A program made the position numbers and the translations under genes. A stretch of DNA of 64,000 bases, taken from the NCBI GenBank assembly GCA_000092065.1, contig CP000601.1, one strand, 5' to 3'. This DNA is from Ostreococcus lucimarinus (taxonomy: Eukaryota). This document shows positions 10,571 to 21,021 of the stretch, one piece after another. How positions within the stretch are numbered: the first letter of the stretch is position 1; every line of letters begins with the position of its first letter. The notes beneath the pieces were generated by a model. The model ran no database searches. It was given only the letters and a program-made list of their open reading frames with translations, and was not told the DNA's origin.

Positions 10571-10999
10571 ATGCCGAAGAGTAACTCCAAGGGAAAGGGA
10601 GGGAAGAACCGTCGTCGCGGGAAAGGGGGCGGCGAAGACGAGAAGCGCGAACTCATCTTCAAAGAGGACGGTCAAGAGTACGCGCAAGTGTTGCGCATGC
10701 TCGGGAACGGGCGCTTAGAGGCGCAGTGCATCGATGGGGTGAAGCGTTTGTGTCACATTCGCGGTAAAATGCGGAAAAAGGTTTGGGTGAACACCGGGGA
10801 CATCATCCTGTTGGGCTTGCGGGACTTTCAAGACGAAAAGGCGGACGTCATCTTGAAGTACTTGGCCGACGAGGCGCGCTCGTTGAAGGCGTACGGGGAA
10901 CTCCCGGACACTTTCCGCGTGAACGATACGGATACGTTCGAAGAAGAGCGCGACGAGAACGATGACTTCTTCGATTTCGACGACATTAATGACATTTAA
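10571..10999 (+). CDS. EIF1A: Eukaryotic translation initiation factor 1A (eIF1A)
   Basis: [20 protein letters not shown]...[62 protein letters not shown]...acidic C-terminus ending DFDDINDI. Canonical eIF1A S1/OB fold sequence. Confidence 0.92.
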   Translation: MPKSNSKGKGGKNRRRGKGGGEDEKRELIFKEDGQEYAQVLRMLGNGRLEAQCIDGVKRLCHIRGKMRKKVWVNTGDIILLGLRDFQDEKADVILKYLADEARSLKAYGELPDTFRVNDTDTFEEERDENDDFFDFDDINDI

Positions 11000-11070
11000 G
11001 CGCGCGCGCTTGAAAATTGTGTAGCATCATCAATCACCCGTGGCTAATTTGTGAGTTGTTCAATAAAAAT

Positions 11071-12291
11071 CTACGTCAATCTAGCCTCGAACATGTTTGC
11101 ATAAAATCTCATCTGCGCAGGTCCGTCGTCTCGACACAAAACGCCTCGGCTTTCTGCCATGTAGAGGTACTCGAGCGCTATTTCGGGCGTCGTCGCTAAT
11201 ATTTGCGCCGCCTCGTACGAATCGATTGAATGCTCGTAAGACGGCAATCGCGCGAGCAATCGCGCGCACGCTTCCTCGTCTGTGCGTTCTACGGTATGAA
11301 TCACCATCACTCCGCTTTCAAATTTACGCAAGTGCAAATCGACCCCGAGCGACTCCCACGATTCGCTCGCGCGAAGCATGTCTTGCGGGGAAACTAACTC
11401 CGTGCCTCGCGCGCGATTGAACAAACAGAACGCATCGGTGACGGTAATGATGCCGTTCGATTTTTGCACCACGGGCGTTATCCAATCCGCTAATTGTTTA
11501 CCTAATTCTCGATGAAACTCTGCCCCCGCGTTCGCGCGCGTCACCGGACTCGTAATCCCGAGACTGAGCACGAGACGCTGAAGCTCTGAACTTTCCCCTT
11601 TCCCGTCCATCGACTCCGCGAGCCGCTCGGCGAGCGTCACCATCTCTCCAGCCTTCGCCATGAGCGCTCTGAGATCGGTAAACGCCTCGTCCATCGTCTT
11701 ATTCGTCGCCTCCGCGCGTTCGAGCTGTCGATTCACCGCGCCGCCGACGCCCGCCGTCGCCGCCGACGCGCCGCTCGCCCGCCGCCTCGCATCCTCCCGC
11801 GTCGTCTCCACCGCCGCCGTCGCTTTCTGTCTCTTATACTTTACGATCGCGTTCTCGATTTTCCCGCACACCTCCTCCGCGCTCGCCCCTCGCGCGCCGA
11901 TCGTCACCCGTCTCCCGCTCGTCAAAACCAGCGCCACCCCGCGCTCGCGCCTCCTGAACAACCCACCCAGCGTCGACCGCGACTCCTGCGCTCGTTCGCA
12001 CGCCGCCACGTCGTCGTACTCGATCACCGTCCCACCCTCGGCCGCGCTCCCCGCCGCCGCCGCCGTCGCCGTCGTCTCGAACGTCAAAATCAACCGTCGC
12101 GTCGTCGCCCGCGCGACCGCGTCTCGCCGCGCGCGCGCGCCGTCGTCCGCCACGACCACGCGCGCGCGCTCGACGAGCGCGATCTCGTCCCGCATGCGCG
12201 TCACGCCCCCGACGCCGTCTCCCGTCCCGTCGCGCGCGTCGACCGCGACGCCCGACGGACGACGCGCGTCGAGCGAAAAAGTCGTCCACAC
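11071..12291 (-). CDS. VPS36: ESCRT-II subunit VPS36 (EAP45-like)
   Basis: C-terminal winged-helix region VTDAFCLFNRARGTELVSPQDMLRASES...LEYLYMAESRGVLCRDDGPAQMRFYANMF matches VPS36. N-terminal GLUE-like region. Confidence 0.65.
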   Translation of the reverse strand: MWTTFSLDARRPSGVAVDARDGTGDGVGGVTRMRDEIALVERARVVVADDGARARRDAVARATTRRLILTFETTATAAAAGSAAEGGTVIEYDDVAACERAQESRSTLGGLFRRRERGVALVLTSGRRVTIGARGASAEEVCGKIENAIVKYKRQKATAAVETTREDARRRASGASAATAGVGGAVNRQLERAEATNKTMDEAFTDLRALMAKAGEMVTLAERLAESMDGKGESSELQRLVLSLGITSPVTRANAGAEFHRELGKQLADWITPVVQKSNGIITVTDAFCLFNRARGTELVSPQDMLRASESWESLGVDLHLRKFESGVMVIHTVERTDEEACARLLARLPSYEHSIDSYEAAQILATTPEIALEYLYMAESRGVLCRDDGPAQMRFYANMFEARLT

Positions 12292-12429
12292 GAGAAAAAA
12301 ACGATCAACTCAATGGTTCGCAAGTGGCCGTCGAACGCGATTTTATGGTCTCGGCGACCGACCGCGCCTTTGCCGACGACGAATTACGGGCGCGCGACGT
12401 CACTGGACGTCCCCGCGGGCGACGGCGCG

Positions 12430-14190
12430 ATGATGTCGCGCGCGTCCGTGGACGCGGTGCGCGGCGCGCGACTCGGCGCGCGACTCGGTGCGCTCGCGAT
12501 GCGGGCGAGAGCGACGCCGGGAGCGATCAAACACGCGCGGAGCGCGCGCGCGGTGGCGACGCGGGCGACGTACGGACGACCCGAGCGCATCGCGCGCGTG
12601 AAGGGAAACGACGGGGGGGCGTCGCGCGTGGGCGAGGCGTTGGAACTGCGAGGGTGGGCGCGATCGGTGCGGACGCAGAAGGGAATGGCGTTCATCGACC
12701 TGAACGATGGGAGCGCGATCTCGGGGATGCAAGCGGTGGTGAACGAGGGAAGCGCGGCGTGGGACGCGCTCGACGCGGGCGGCGTCTCCACGGGGGCGGC
12801 GCTCAGGGTGAAGGGGAAACTCGTGGCGAGTCCGGGAGGGAAGCAAGCGGCGGAATTGGCGGTGGAGGAGATTGATGTCATCGGAACGGCGGATCCGGAG
12901 ACGTATCCGCTGCAAAAGAAGCGACACACGCTGGAATATCTTCGAAGCATCGCGCACTTGCGACCTCGCACAAACACCATCGGCGCCGTGGCTCGCGTGC
13001 GCAATCAGTTGGCGTACGCGACGCACACGTTCTTTCAAGAGCATGGGTTTTTATACGCCAACACGCCGATCATCACCGCGTCGGATTGCGAAGGCGCTGG
13101 GGAACAGTTTCAAGTGACGACGCTGTTGAACGGCTTCGGCGCCGGCGAGTGGACGACGCCGGCCTCGGTCGTGGACGAGCAAGAAGCCATGGTGAAGGCA
13201 CAGGGTGACGCGGTGAAGGCCCTGAAGGAGGCGAAGAAAGCGGGAGACGCGACGAAAGAGCAAGTTGATGAGGCCGTGGCGAAGCTTTTAGATCTCAAGG
13301 CGAGCGTCGAGGCGCTGAAGAACAATCGCCCGTCGTCCGACTTGCCGAAGAATAAGGATGGTTCCATCGACTATTCTCAAGACTTCTTCGGCAAACCGTC
13401 TTATTTGACCGTGTCTGGGCAATTGAACGGTGAAATCATGGCTTGCGCGGTCAACGACATCTACACCTTCGGTCCGACGTTCCGCGCGGAGAATAGCAAC
13501 ACGTCGCGCCACCTGGCTGAGTTTTGGATGGTAGAGCCCGAACTCGCGTTCGCGGATTTGAACGACGACATGGATTGCGCAGAAGCGTACTTGAAGTATT
13601 GCCTGAACCACGTCCTCGAGCACTGCGACGAAGATCTTGAATTCTTCGAGAAGAACATCTCCAAAGACAACCTGAGAGAGCGACTTCGAAACGTCGCGTC
13701 GCAAGAGTTTGCGCGCATCACGTACACCGAAGCCGTCGAGCACGTGTTGAACGCGAAGAAGAAGTTTGAGTTCCCAATCGAATGGGGATCGGATCTTCAG
13801 AGCGAGCACGAGCGGTACATCTCAGAAGAAGTCTTCAAAGATCGCCCCGTGATCGTGCGCGATTATCCGAAAGATATCAAGGCGTTCTACATGCGTCTCA
13901 ACGACGACAACAAAACCGTCGCCGCAATGGACGTCTTGGTGCCCCGCGTTGGTGAGTTGATGGGTGGTAGCCAAAGAGAAGAACGCCTTGATGTCTTGGA
14001 GCGCCGAATCGAAGAGGTTGGTTTGGAAAAGGAGTCGTACTGGTGGTACTTAGATTTGAGACGATACGGTTCGCAGCCGCACGCCGGTTTCGGCCTCGGT
14101 TTTGAACGCCTCGTTCAGTACGTCACAGGTGTGGAGAACATTCGTGACGCCATTCCTTTCCCCCGTTACCCGGGTAGCGCTGAGTTCTAG
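12430..14190 (+). CDS. Asparaginyl-tRNA synthetase, organellar (bacterial-type class II) with N-terminal transit peptide and internal WHEP-like insertion
   Basis: Anticodon-binding OB fold (RVGEALELRGWARSVRTQKGMAFIDLNDGS), class II motifs (FFQEHGFLYANTPIITASDCEGAGEQF; YTFGPTFRAENSNTSRHLAEFWMVEPE; GGSQREERLDVLERRIE; GFGLGFERLVQY). ORF opens at 12313; likely start ATG 12430 (MMSRASVDAVRGARLGARLG... transit-peptide-like). Confidence 0.85.
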   Translation: MMSRASVDAVRGARLGARLGALAMRARATPGAIKHARSARAVATRATYGRPERIARVKGNDGGASRVGEALELRGWARSVRTQKGMAFIDLNDGSAISGMQAVVNEGSAAWDALDAGGVSTGAALRVKGKLVASPGGKQAAELAVEEIDVIGTADPETYPLQKKRHTLEYLRSIAHLRPRTNTIGAVARVRNQLAYATHTFFQEHGFLYANTPIITASDCEGAGEQFQVTTLLNGFGAGEWTTPASVVDEQEAMVKAQGDAVKALKEAKKAGDATKEQVDEAVAKLLDLKASVEALKNNRPSSDLPKNKDGSIDYSQDFFGKPSYLTVSGQLNGEIMACAVNDIYTFGPTFRAENSNTSRHLAEFWMVEPELAFADLNDDMDCAEAYLKYCLNHVLEHCDEDLEFFEKNISKDNLRERLRNVASQEFARITYTEAVEHVLNAKKKFEFPIEWGSDLQSEHERYISEEVFKDRPVIVRDYPKDIKAFYMRLNDDNKTVAAMDVLVPRVGELMGGSQREERLDVLERRIEEVGLEKESYWWYLDLRRYGSQPHAGFGLGFERLVQYVTGVENIRDAIPFPRYPGSAEF

Positions 14191-14253
14191 ATTTAGTCTA
14201 ACGCGGCTGTAACTAAACTACTTAATCTACGCTAGTCTACGTCTACGGTGTCT

Positions 14254-15735
14254 CTACAGTAACGCCTTGCTAAGCGCTTTGAACGTGTAAAGTGATCCCG
14301 TCACGACCACGACAATCTCGTCGTCGCCGCGCGAGAGCGCTCCTTTCAAGGCCTTCTCGAAATCATCTTCTGAGGTGGGAGTCGGACCATGCGCTGGGCC
14401 GATATAAGCCTTCGCGAGCGTCTTCGCGGGCGTCGTTCGAGACGATGCGCCGGCGACTTGCATTTGAGTGCACACCACACCGACGGGATCCGCCCTGTAC
14501 AGCTCTTCAATAAATCCTCCGTGATCCTTGTCGTCCGCCATCGCTACGACGAACAAAAGTTTTCGGTCGGGATAAACCTCACGAATCGTGTTCACGAGAA
14601 CTCGAGCGGAACCTTTGGTGTGCGCGCCATCAGCAATCATCGTGGGCCCTCCACTCGTCTCAAATACTTCAAAGTTCCCCGGACTGCGCGTCGTTTCCAA
14701 GCCTCTTCGAATATCTTCCAGAGATGCGTCGATTTTGTTTTGAGCGCGAAGCCACCACAGAACACGAAGCGCAAGACTTATGTTCTCGCGCTGGTGCGGC
14801 CCAGCGAGAGGAATTCGAACGTTCGAAAGGGTGGACGCTATTTTACCATCCACTTTGATGTCGATGTCGACGTCCTGCGAAGCGATCGAGTCTTCCACGT
14901 GATACCGCACGAGACGCGTGTCTACGCATACGTTATCGATAACGTTCGCCCCACGCGCGCGGAGCGCAGTTTTCAACATTGTTGTTATTCGTTCGTCCAC
15001 GTTTGGGGCACAAAACACCGGACGACCTTTATGCGCGATGCCAGCTTTTGCGTCTACGATTGTCTCAATCGAACCGCCGAGCGCTTCGAGGTGTTCCTCA
15101 CCTATGTGTGTGATCACCGCTGCTTCTAGATTTTCTGCCGCGAGTACGTTTGTGGCGTCTCGACTTCCCCCGAGACCGACTTCCACGAGCGCTAAATCGA
15201 CGTTTGCCTTTTTAAAGTATGCAAAGGCGAGCGCCGTGAGGACTTCAAAGTACGACAACTGACCGCCCTCACGCTGTTGTGCAGACTTTATCTCTCGCTC
15301 TAAATCGCGCAGTACGTCGAGAACTTGTGCAGACGCATCACTTTCGCTACTCCGAATCCTTTCCGCCACGGTATACACGTGAGGGCTCTTATACGTGCCG
15401 ATTCGTAATCCAGCGGCGCGCAGGACGCTCGCGAGCACGGAAACCGTCGTTCCTTTCCCCTTCGTTCCCGACACGTGTATCGTGTTATACGCCCTGTGTG
15501 GATCGTCAAAGTCTCGCAACAATCTATGCATGCGTCCGAGATCGAATCCGTCCGTCGTATCCGTCCCAGCGTTTCGCGGGACGCCGCTCTTTTCGTGATT
15601 GACGAAGTCCCGCAACGCTTCGTCCACCGTCGCGAATGCGGTCGATGTGCGGGCTCGTGCGCGCGCTCTGTGCGCGAACGAGAACAAATTCTCACAGAGC
15701 TCGCGGTGTTGGCGCGAACACGCCGAGCGTCGCAT
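14254..15735 (-). CDS. FPGS: Folylpolyglutamate synthase / dihydrofolate synthase (FolC family)
   Basis: P-loop HVSGTKGKGTTVSVLASVL, FolC blocks GLGGSRDATNV, ITHIGEEHLEALGGSIETI, and a Mur-ligase C-terminal domain. Confidence 0.85.
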   Translation of the reverse strand: MRRSACSRQHRELCENLFSFAHRARARARTSTAFATVDEALRDFVNHEKSGVPRNAGTDTTDGFDLGRMHRLLRDFDDPHRAYNTIHVSGTKGKGTTVSVLASVLRAAGLRIGTYKSPHVYTVAERIRSSESDASAQVLDVLRDLEREIKSAQQREGGQLSYFEVLTALAFAYFKKANVDLALVEVGLGGSRDATNVLAAENLEAAVITHIGEEHLEALGGSIETIVDAKAGIAHKGRPVFCAPNVDERITTMLKTALRARGANVIDNVCVDTRLVRYHVEDSIASQDVDIDIKVDGKIASTLSNVRIPLAGPHQRENISLALRVLWWLRAQNKIDASLEDIRRGLETTRSPGNFEVFETSGGPTMIADGAHTKGSARVLVNTIREVYPDRKLLFVVAMADDKDHGGFIEELYRADPVGVVCTQMQVAGASSRTTPAKTLAKAYIGPAHGPTPTSEDDFEKALKGALSRGDDEIVVVVTGSLYTFKALSKALL

Positions 15736-15961
15736 GGTAGCGACGCACCGAGACGCGCGTGCGAAGCGCGGTCTGCGGTCACTCGTCGGGCGAGCAGAAG
15801 AGCGGCTGCGAAGTCGGCGAGCTCTCGTTGGCTCCTCGCACCGCTCGAATCGTGCGAAGAATGATGAGTACTAATGAGAAAGGTGGTAATAAAAAGTCCT
15901 AAACTCGACCGCGTCGCTCGCCCGCCGGCACGACGACGACGTGGTCTTCAAAACGCATTCG

Positions 15962-16576
15962 CTAGCGAGGAGGCGCTGGGGAGTTTTCCAAAATCACTCC
16001 GCCGACCTCGACGCGAGAACCACGCCCTGTGATTATCGTGTTTCTAACATTGTCTGCTATTCTGGGATCCAGTCCTGCACCATCCGCGCACGTCACTCGA
16101 CTCGATCGCGTCTCTTCCGATCCAGCCGTTCTGAAATCTCCCCAATACTCCTTGTCCCCCGGTCCGTCCGCGGAGCCAAAGTTGACGTACACCGGACTGT
16201 CAAACAACTCTGGATACGTCGCCAGTAGCTCTCTCTCGGCGTAACGCAACGTATCTAACACCAACGGTAATTTTTGACGAAACACGACCGAACGAAGGGG
16301 CGCCGCCCATCGTATCCACCAAGCCTCCTTCGCGCTCACCTGACAAAACACGTGCAAGCCGTCCTCGCGCCACTCCGCGAGCACCTCGTCTCTGAGCAAT
16401 CTCGTGTACCATATCGACGTTTGATCGTCGTTGAACGCGTCGCCTACCGTGAGCGTCAAATTCCTCGTCACATCGTTGTGCGTCAGCGTGTAACGCCGCT
16501 GCAATAAAGACTCCGGTTCCACCCGCGTCGAGCTCGCGTCGAACGCCACCGACACTCTGTCCGGGTCAAACTTCAA
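15962..16576 (-). CDS. SGR: Stay-green (SGR) Mg-dechelatase homolog
   Basis: RRYTLTHNDVTRNLTLTVGD...WYTRLLRDEVLAEWREDGLHVFCQVS...RQKLPLVLDTLRYAERELLATYPELFDSPVYVNFGSA matches the SGR core (YTLTHSDIT...LTLAV...RDEVVAEW...ELPVVL...YPEL...VWVYFHS). The ORF begins at TTG with no in-frame ATG, so the N-terminus/transit peptide is probably in an upstream exon or GC tract. Confidence 0.65.
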   Translation of the reverse strand: MKFDPDRVSVAFDASSTRVEPESLLQRRYTLTHNDVTRNLTLTVGDAFNDDQTSIWYTRLLRDEVLAEWREDGLHVFCQVSAKEAWWIRWAAPLRSVVFRQKLPLVLDTLRYAERELLATYPELFDSPVYVNFGSADGPGDKEYWGDFRTAGSEETRSSRVTCADGAGLDPRIADNVRNTIITGRGSRVEVGGVILENSPAPPR

Positions 16577-17417
16577 GGCGTCGAAAACCGCGTTCGTCGT
16601 CGTCTGCGCGCGCGCGATCGCCGTCGGTCAGTGTCACGATTCCATCGAGTCGCACTCGCGCCTTTCTCGCGCGTCGCTCGCGGTTTTAGACGTCGCCGTC
16701 CCCCCCCATCGCGCGAAAACCGCGCCTCGGACGTCCCGTCCCGTCCCGATCGACGCGCGTCGCGCGCGCGTCGCGTCGCGTCGGTCGCCGCGCACCTTCC
16801 CCCGTCCGCGCCCCTTCGCCGGCCGTCCTCGCGCGCCGGGTCCCGGTCGCCGTCCGCTCGCGTCGCGCGTCGACGTCGACGTCGACGCCCCGCTCGCGCG
16901 CGCGCGCGTCGCGAGCGCCCTATCCAGCGCCATGGCGTCGACGGCGCGCGCGTCGCGTTCGCGCGTCGACGACGCGCGCGCGTCGACGACGCTCGCGACT
17001 CGTCGACGACGACGTCGACGACGACGACGCGCGTCGCTGTGCCGGGCGTCGTCGCGTCGTCGGATCGTCGTCTCGTCGTCGTCCCGCGGCGTCCCGCGCG
17101 TCCGCCTCGAGCGCGAGCGCGAGCGGTCGCGAGCGGTCGCGATCGGACGATGCGACCGATGGTGCGATTGAATGGATACACACGGACCACACCGATCCCA
17201 TCGACGAGTCTCGACTCGAGAACGAGTCCCTCGACGCCCGACGCGCCCCGACCGACGTCACGCGATCCGATCCGCGCGCGGCGTCGTCGCGTCGGCGTCG
17301 TCGCGTCGGCTCGTCACAGCGCGCGTCCGGGACAGCGAGCGCTCGAACGCCCGAACGCGCGAAGCGCCCGAGACGGATCCGAACGCCACGAATCCGCGCC
17401 GAGCGATCGAGCCCGCC

Positions 17418-19037
17418 ATGCGCACCGTCGCGCGCGCGTTCGCGACGACGACGACGTCGAGCGCGAGGTGTGATTATCGCCGTCGAGCGACGACGACGCG
17501 CGCGACGACGAGCGCGGTGCGCGCGGACGCGCGGCGCGCGCGATCGGGGAGGTATGCGATCGTTCCGCGATCGATCGAGGGCGAAGGGAACGCCGCGGTC
17601 GTCGAAAGAAGCGTCGAGGGCGAGGAGGGGGAGAAGATGATGTCCCTGGAGGCGAGACGCGAGGCGCTGAGGTTGCCGCGCCCGGACGTCGCGGCGCCGG
17701 GGATGGAGGATCCGTGGAACGATGAGAAGTGGCAAAAGGTGAAGTGGACGGTGTTTCGAGACGTGGCGTACGACCTCGGACCGTTCTTTGAGAAGCATCC
17801 GGGCGGGAACTGGTTGTTGAACCTCGCCATCGGTCGCGACTGCACGGCGCTCATGGAATCCTATCACTTGCGACCAGAGGTGGCGACGGCGCGCTTCAGG
17901 ATGTTACCCAAGCTCGAGGGGTTCCCGGTCGACGCCGTGGCGAAGTCACCGAGACCGAACGATTCGCCGCTGTACAACAACATCCGCAATCGCGTTCGCG
18001 AGGAACTTTTCCCGGAAGAAGGGAAGAACAAACACAGAATGGGTGGCGACCACGCGACGATAACGATTTTGTCTTTCGCCGCGTTTGCGTACGGTGTGTA
18101 CGCCACCATCCCGGGCTTTCTCTCGGGTTGCCTCCTTGGCTTAGCTGGTGCGTGGATCGGGCTCACGATTCAGCATTGCGCCAATCACGGGGCGATGTCA
18201 CCGTCGCCCGCCGTCAACGGCGTCCTCGGTTTGACGAACGATCTCATCGGCGGCTCGTCTTTGATGTGGCGATACCACCACCAGGTGAGCCACCACATTC
18301 ACTGCAACGACAATGCTATGGATCAAGACGTGTACACCGCCATGCCTCTCTTGCGTTTCGACGCTCGTCGTCCCAAGGCGTGGTACCACCGCTTCCAGCA
18401 CTGGTACATGTTCTTGGCCTTTCCGTTGTTGCAGGTGGCGTTCCAAGTCGGCGACATCGTCGGTTTGTTCACTCGCGATACCGAAGGCGCAAAGCTCCAC
18501 GGGGCGACCACTTGGGAACTTGCCACCGTAGTTATCGGCAAGTTTGTGCACTTCGGTTTGTTGGCTGCACCTTTGATGAGCCACGCGGCTTCCGCCGTCG
18601 TCGCCGGCATCGTCGGTTTCATGGCGTGCCAAGGAGTCGTCCTCGCGTGTACGTTCGCGGTGAGTCACAACGTGCCCGAGGCCAAACTCCCTGAAGATAC
18701 CGGTGGAGAGGCGTGGGAAAGAGATTGGGGCGTGCAGCAGTTGGTGACTAGCGCTGACTGGGGTGGAAAGATTGGAAACTTTTTCACCGGCGGTCTGAAC
18801 TTGCAAGTCGAGCATCACCTGTTCCCGGCGATTTGCTTTGTGCACTACCCCGCGATCGCGAAAATTGTCGCGGAAGAAGCGGCGAAGATGGGCATTCCTT
18901 ACTCGTCATACAGAACACTTCCCGGCATTTTCGTCGCGTTCTGGAAATTCGTCAGAGACATGGGCACGGCGGAGCAAATCGACGACGTTTTACTTCCGAA
19001 GTTCGCGAACCCGCAACTTTCGCCAGCCATCAATTAG
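17418..19037 (+). CDS. Front-end (delta-4-type) acyl-lipid desaturase with N-terminal cytochrome b5-like domain and transit-peptide-like leader
   Basis: Cyt b5 HPGG motif (FFEKHPGGNWLLNLAIGRDCTALMESYH), three His boxes (HCANHGA, WRYHHQVSHH, QVEHHLFP) and 4 TM stretches, as in algal/protist delta-4 desaturases. ORF opens at 17172; likely start ATG 17418 (MRTVARAFATTTTSSAR...). Confidence 0.8.
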   Translation: MRTVARAFATTTTSSARCDYRRRATTTRATTSAVRADARRARSGRYAIVPRSIEGEGNAAVVERSVEGEEGEKMMSLEARREALRLPRPDVAAPGMEDPWNDEKWQKVKWTVFRDVAYDLGPFFEKHPGGNWLLNLAIGRDCTALMESYHLRPEVATARFRMLPKLEGFPVDAVAKSPRPNDSPLYNNIRNRVREELFPEEGKNKHRMGGDHATITILSFAAFAYGVYATIPGFLSGCLLGLAGAWIGLTIQHCANHGAMSPSPAVNGVLGLTNDLIGGSSLMWRYHHQVSHHIHCNDNAMDQDVYTAMPLLRFDARRPKAWYHRFQHWYMFLAFPLLQVAFQVGDIVGLFTRDTEGAKLHGATTWELATVVIGKFVHFGLLAAPLMSHAASAVVAGIVGFMACQGVVLACTFAVSHNVPEAKLPEDTGGEAWERDWGVQQLVTSADWGGKIGNFFTGGLNLQVEHHLFPAICFVHYPAIAKIVAEEAAKMGIPYSSYRTLPGIFVAFWKFVRDMGTAEQIDDVLLPKFANPQLSPAIN

Positions 19038-19156
19038 AATTATAACTTACCTTACGCGCTTGTTGACTTCAAACGAGCAAACGACAGAAATACGATTATT
19101 GTGATATACTTACACCTCCGCCTCATCATTGTTTTGATCTAATTCTAACTTACAAA

Positions 19157-20206
19157 CTACACACGAATTCTCAAGTTGAGCAACTCTCGCTCGGCGCTCG
19201 TTCGATTAAACGTCACACTTTGTCCGATACTCACCGGCTCCGGGGGTGCACCACCCTCTTCGTATGCCTCGTAACTTCTTAAAGTCCCATCAGGACCGGC
19301 ATACGCGCCGTCGACGTAAGAATGGCAGTTGTGCAAACCGGCGTCTGAAAGCAGCTGCTTCGCCCACGCCGCGGAACTACTGCTTCGGCTATGCAACAAG
19401 ATGAGATTATCCGACGTCGGCTTGTGAAATCGGAACATCCGCACCCACTCTTCATCGTTCATATGCACTGCTTTGGGCAGATGATCCACCGGGACGTGCG
19501 TTGACCCCTCGAGTGTTCCGTAAAGCGCGCGCTCGTCAAACCTTCGAATGTCCAAAATCACTAGTCCCAGCGCATTGCCGTCGTCTCTCACCGTTTCCAG
19601 GAGAAGTAACACCGCGTCGAAGCTCAGAGCTCGATCTTTCCCTGATGAAAACACAGCGGGTTCGTCGAAGTGTGCTAGAGGTACCGCCGCGGCGAGTCCG
19701 CCGTCCACGATGGAGCACCGCGTGAATCCCAGGCTCGTCGCGAGCGCCGCGGCGTGCGACGAGCTATGCCCGTGCGTGCTCACAAAAATCATCGTCGTCC
19801 TTAAACTCGGCACGGGAATGTTTGGAAATCTCTTCTTCCACAGTGTGTTACGATTGCGCAACAAGTTCGCCAACTCTTCCGGTAAGATGTGCGTCACGGC
19901 GAGTCTGTCGCTCAGCTTCGTCACCGCCGTCGCCCCCCCGTCCTCGCTCTTCGGTCTGACGTCTAATAGCAAGTATTTCACCGGTTTCGTTTGAACCAAC
20001 ATCCAAAACGCTTTCGCACTCAGCACCCCGTACGTCTGTTTGTTCAATTTCACCGTCGGTTGCGAGCTCGACGTCGTTCGCTGTCTCGCTCGATCTCTGT
20101 GCTTGGCGCTTCGCAAGACGCGCACGGACCAGGCGATGAGAGACAGACACACGGCGGTGGTTAACGAACCGCCGACGTTGGTGACGTGCATGATATTCGT
20201 CCGCAC
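19157..20206 (-). CDS. Tandem rhodanese-domain protein (sulfurtransferase-like) with N-terminal membrane anchor
   Basis: Two rhodanese-like modules (YLLLDVRPKSEDGGATAV... and LVILDIRRFDERALYGTLEGSTHVP...LILLHSRSSSSAAWAKQLLSDAGLHNCHSYVDG) after a hydrophobic N-terminus. Confidence 0.55.
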   Translation of the reverse strand: MRTNIMHVTNVGGSLTTAVCLSLIAWSVRVLRSAKHRDRARQRTTSSSQPTVKLNKQTYGVLSAKAFWMLVQTKPVKYLLLDVRPKSEDGGATAVTKLSDRLAVTHILPEELANLLRNRNTLWKKRFPNIPVPSLRTTMIFVSTHGHSSSHAAALATSLGFTRCSIVDGGLAAAVPLAHFDEPAVFSSGKDRALSFDAVLLLLETVRDDGNALGLVILDIRRFDERALYGTLEGSTHVPVDHLPKAVHMNDEEWVRMFRFHKPTSDNLILLHSRSSSSAAWAKQLLSDAGLHNCHSYVDGAYAGPDGTLRSYEAYEEGGAPPEPVSIGQSVTFNRTSAERELLNLRIRV

Positions 20207-21021
20207 GCGCGCCGCGCGCGTCCGTCTGCGGGCGCACCGCCGATCACGCGCGCGGTCGACGTGGACGCGCGTCGAGTCGATTTCGAACGAACGAACGCCA
20301 AAACGAACGCGCGTCGAGCGATTTCGTGGGCGTCTCGAGGGCGCGCAACCCTACGAAATCGTCGTCGAAAAATCACGCACTCAAAGACAATTTAGAACTA
20401 TCTGCAAACACGGTACGCGCGCGATAAACGCCGCGTCGGCCCCCGCGCGCCGCGCGCGCGAACGAAGCGACGTTCGTGGCGACCGTTGAAGCGCCGAACC
20501 AGAGCGCGAGACCGCGCGCGCGTCACAGCGCGCGGCGAAATTTGCGAAAGCGTCCACACGAACATGCTCTCGGTTTCGACGTCGTCGCGATCGCTCGCGA
20601 GCGCACCGACGGCGCGCCGAGGATGGCGTGGGCGTCGCGGCGGGAGCAGGTTAGAAACGGTTCGACGGGCGCAAATCGGCGTCGATCTCGTCGACGCGGC
20701 GAGAAACGGGTTGGAGACGTTCGTTCAAAGGGTACGTTATCGACAAGCGCGAGATTCGGACCTAAAATCGATCGGTGCGCGCCGACAGAGCGATGTCAAG
20801 AGTGGTTTTGTTGCCTCTCGCCGCACGCTCTCGGTGAAGCAAACGAGCGCAAACGCGACGAAGATTGAGGCTGACCGATTTATTTTCATTCGTAGGCATC
20901 GAAGGCGTTACCAATACTGCTTGGACACGACGATACTGTCGAAATCGAGCGGGAAAACGAGTCGTTAGACGCCGCGAAGACAAACTCGAGAACGCGAGCC
21001 GCAGAGCTCACCCAGGCGCGC

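Noticed and set aside
16573-17867. ORFs 16573-17190 -, 16631-17473 + and 16920-17867 - (R/T/S-rich)
   Set aside because: Same stop-free CG tract artefact upstream of the desaturase gene; no coding periodicity.
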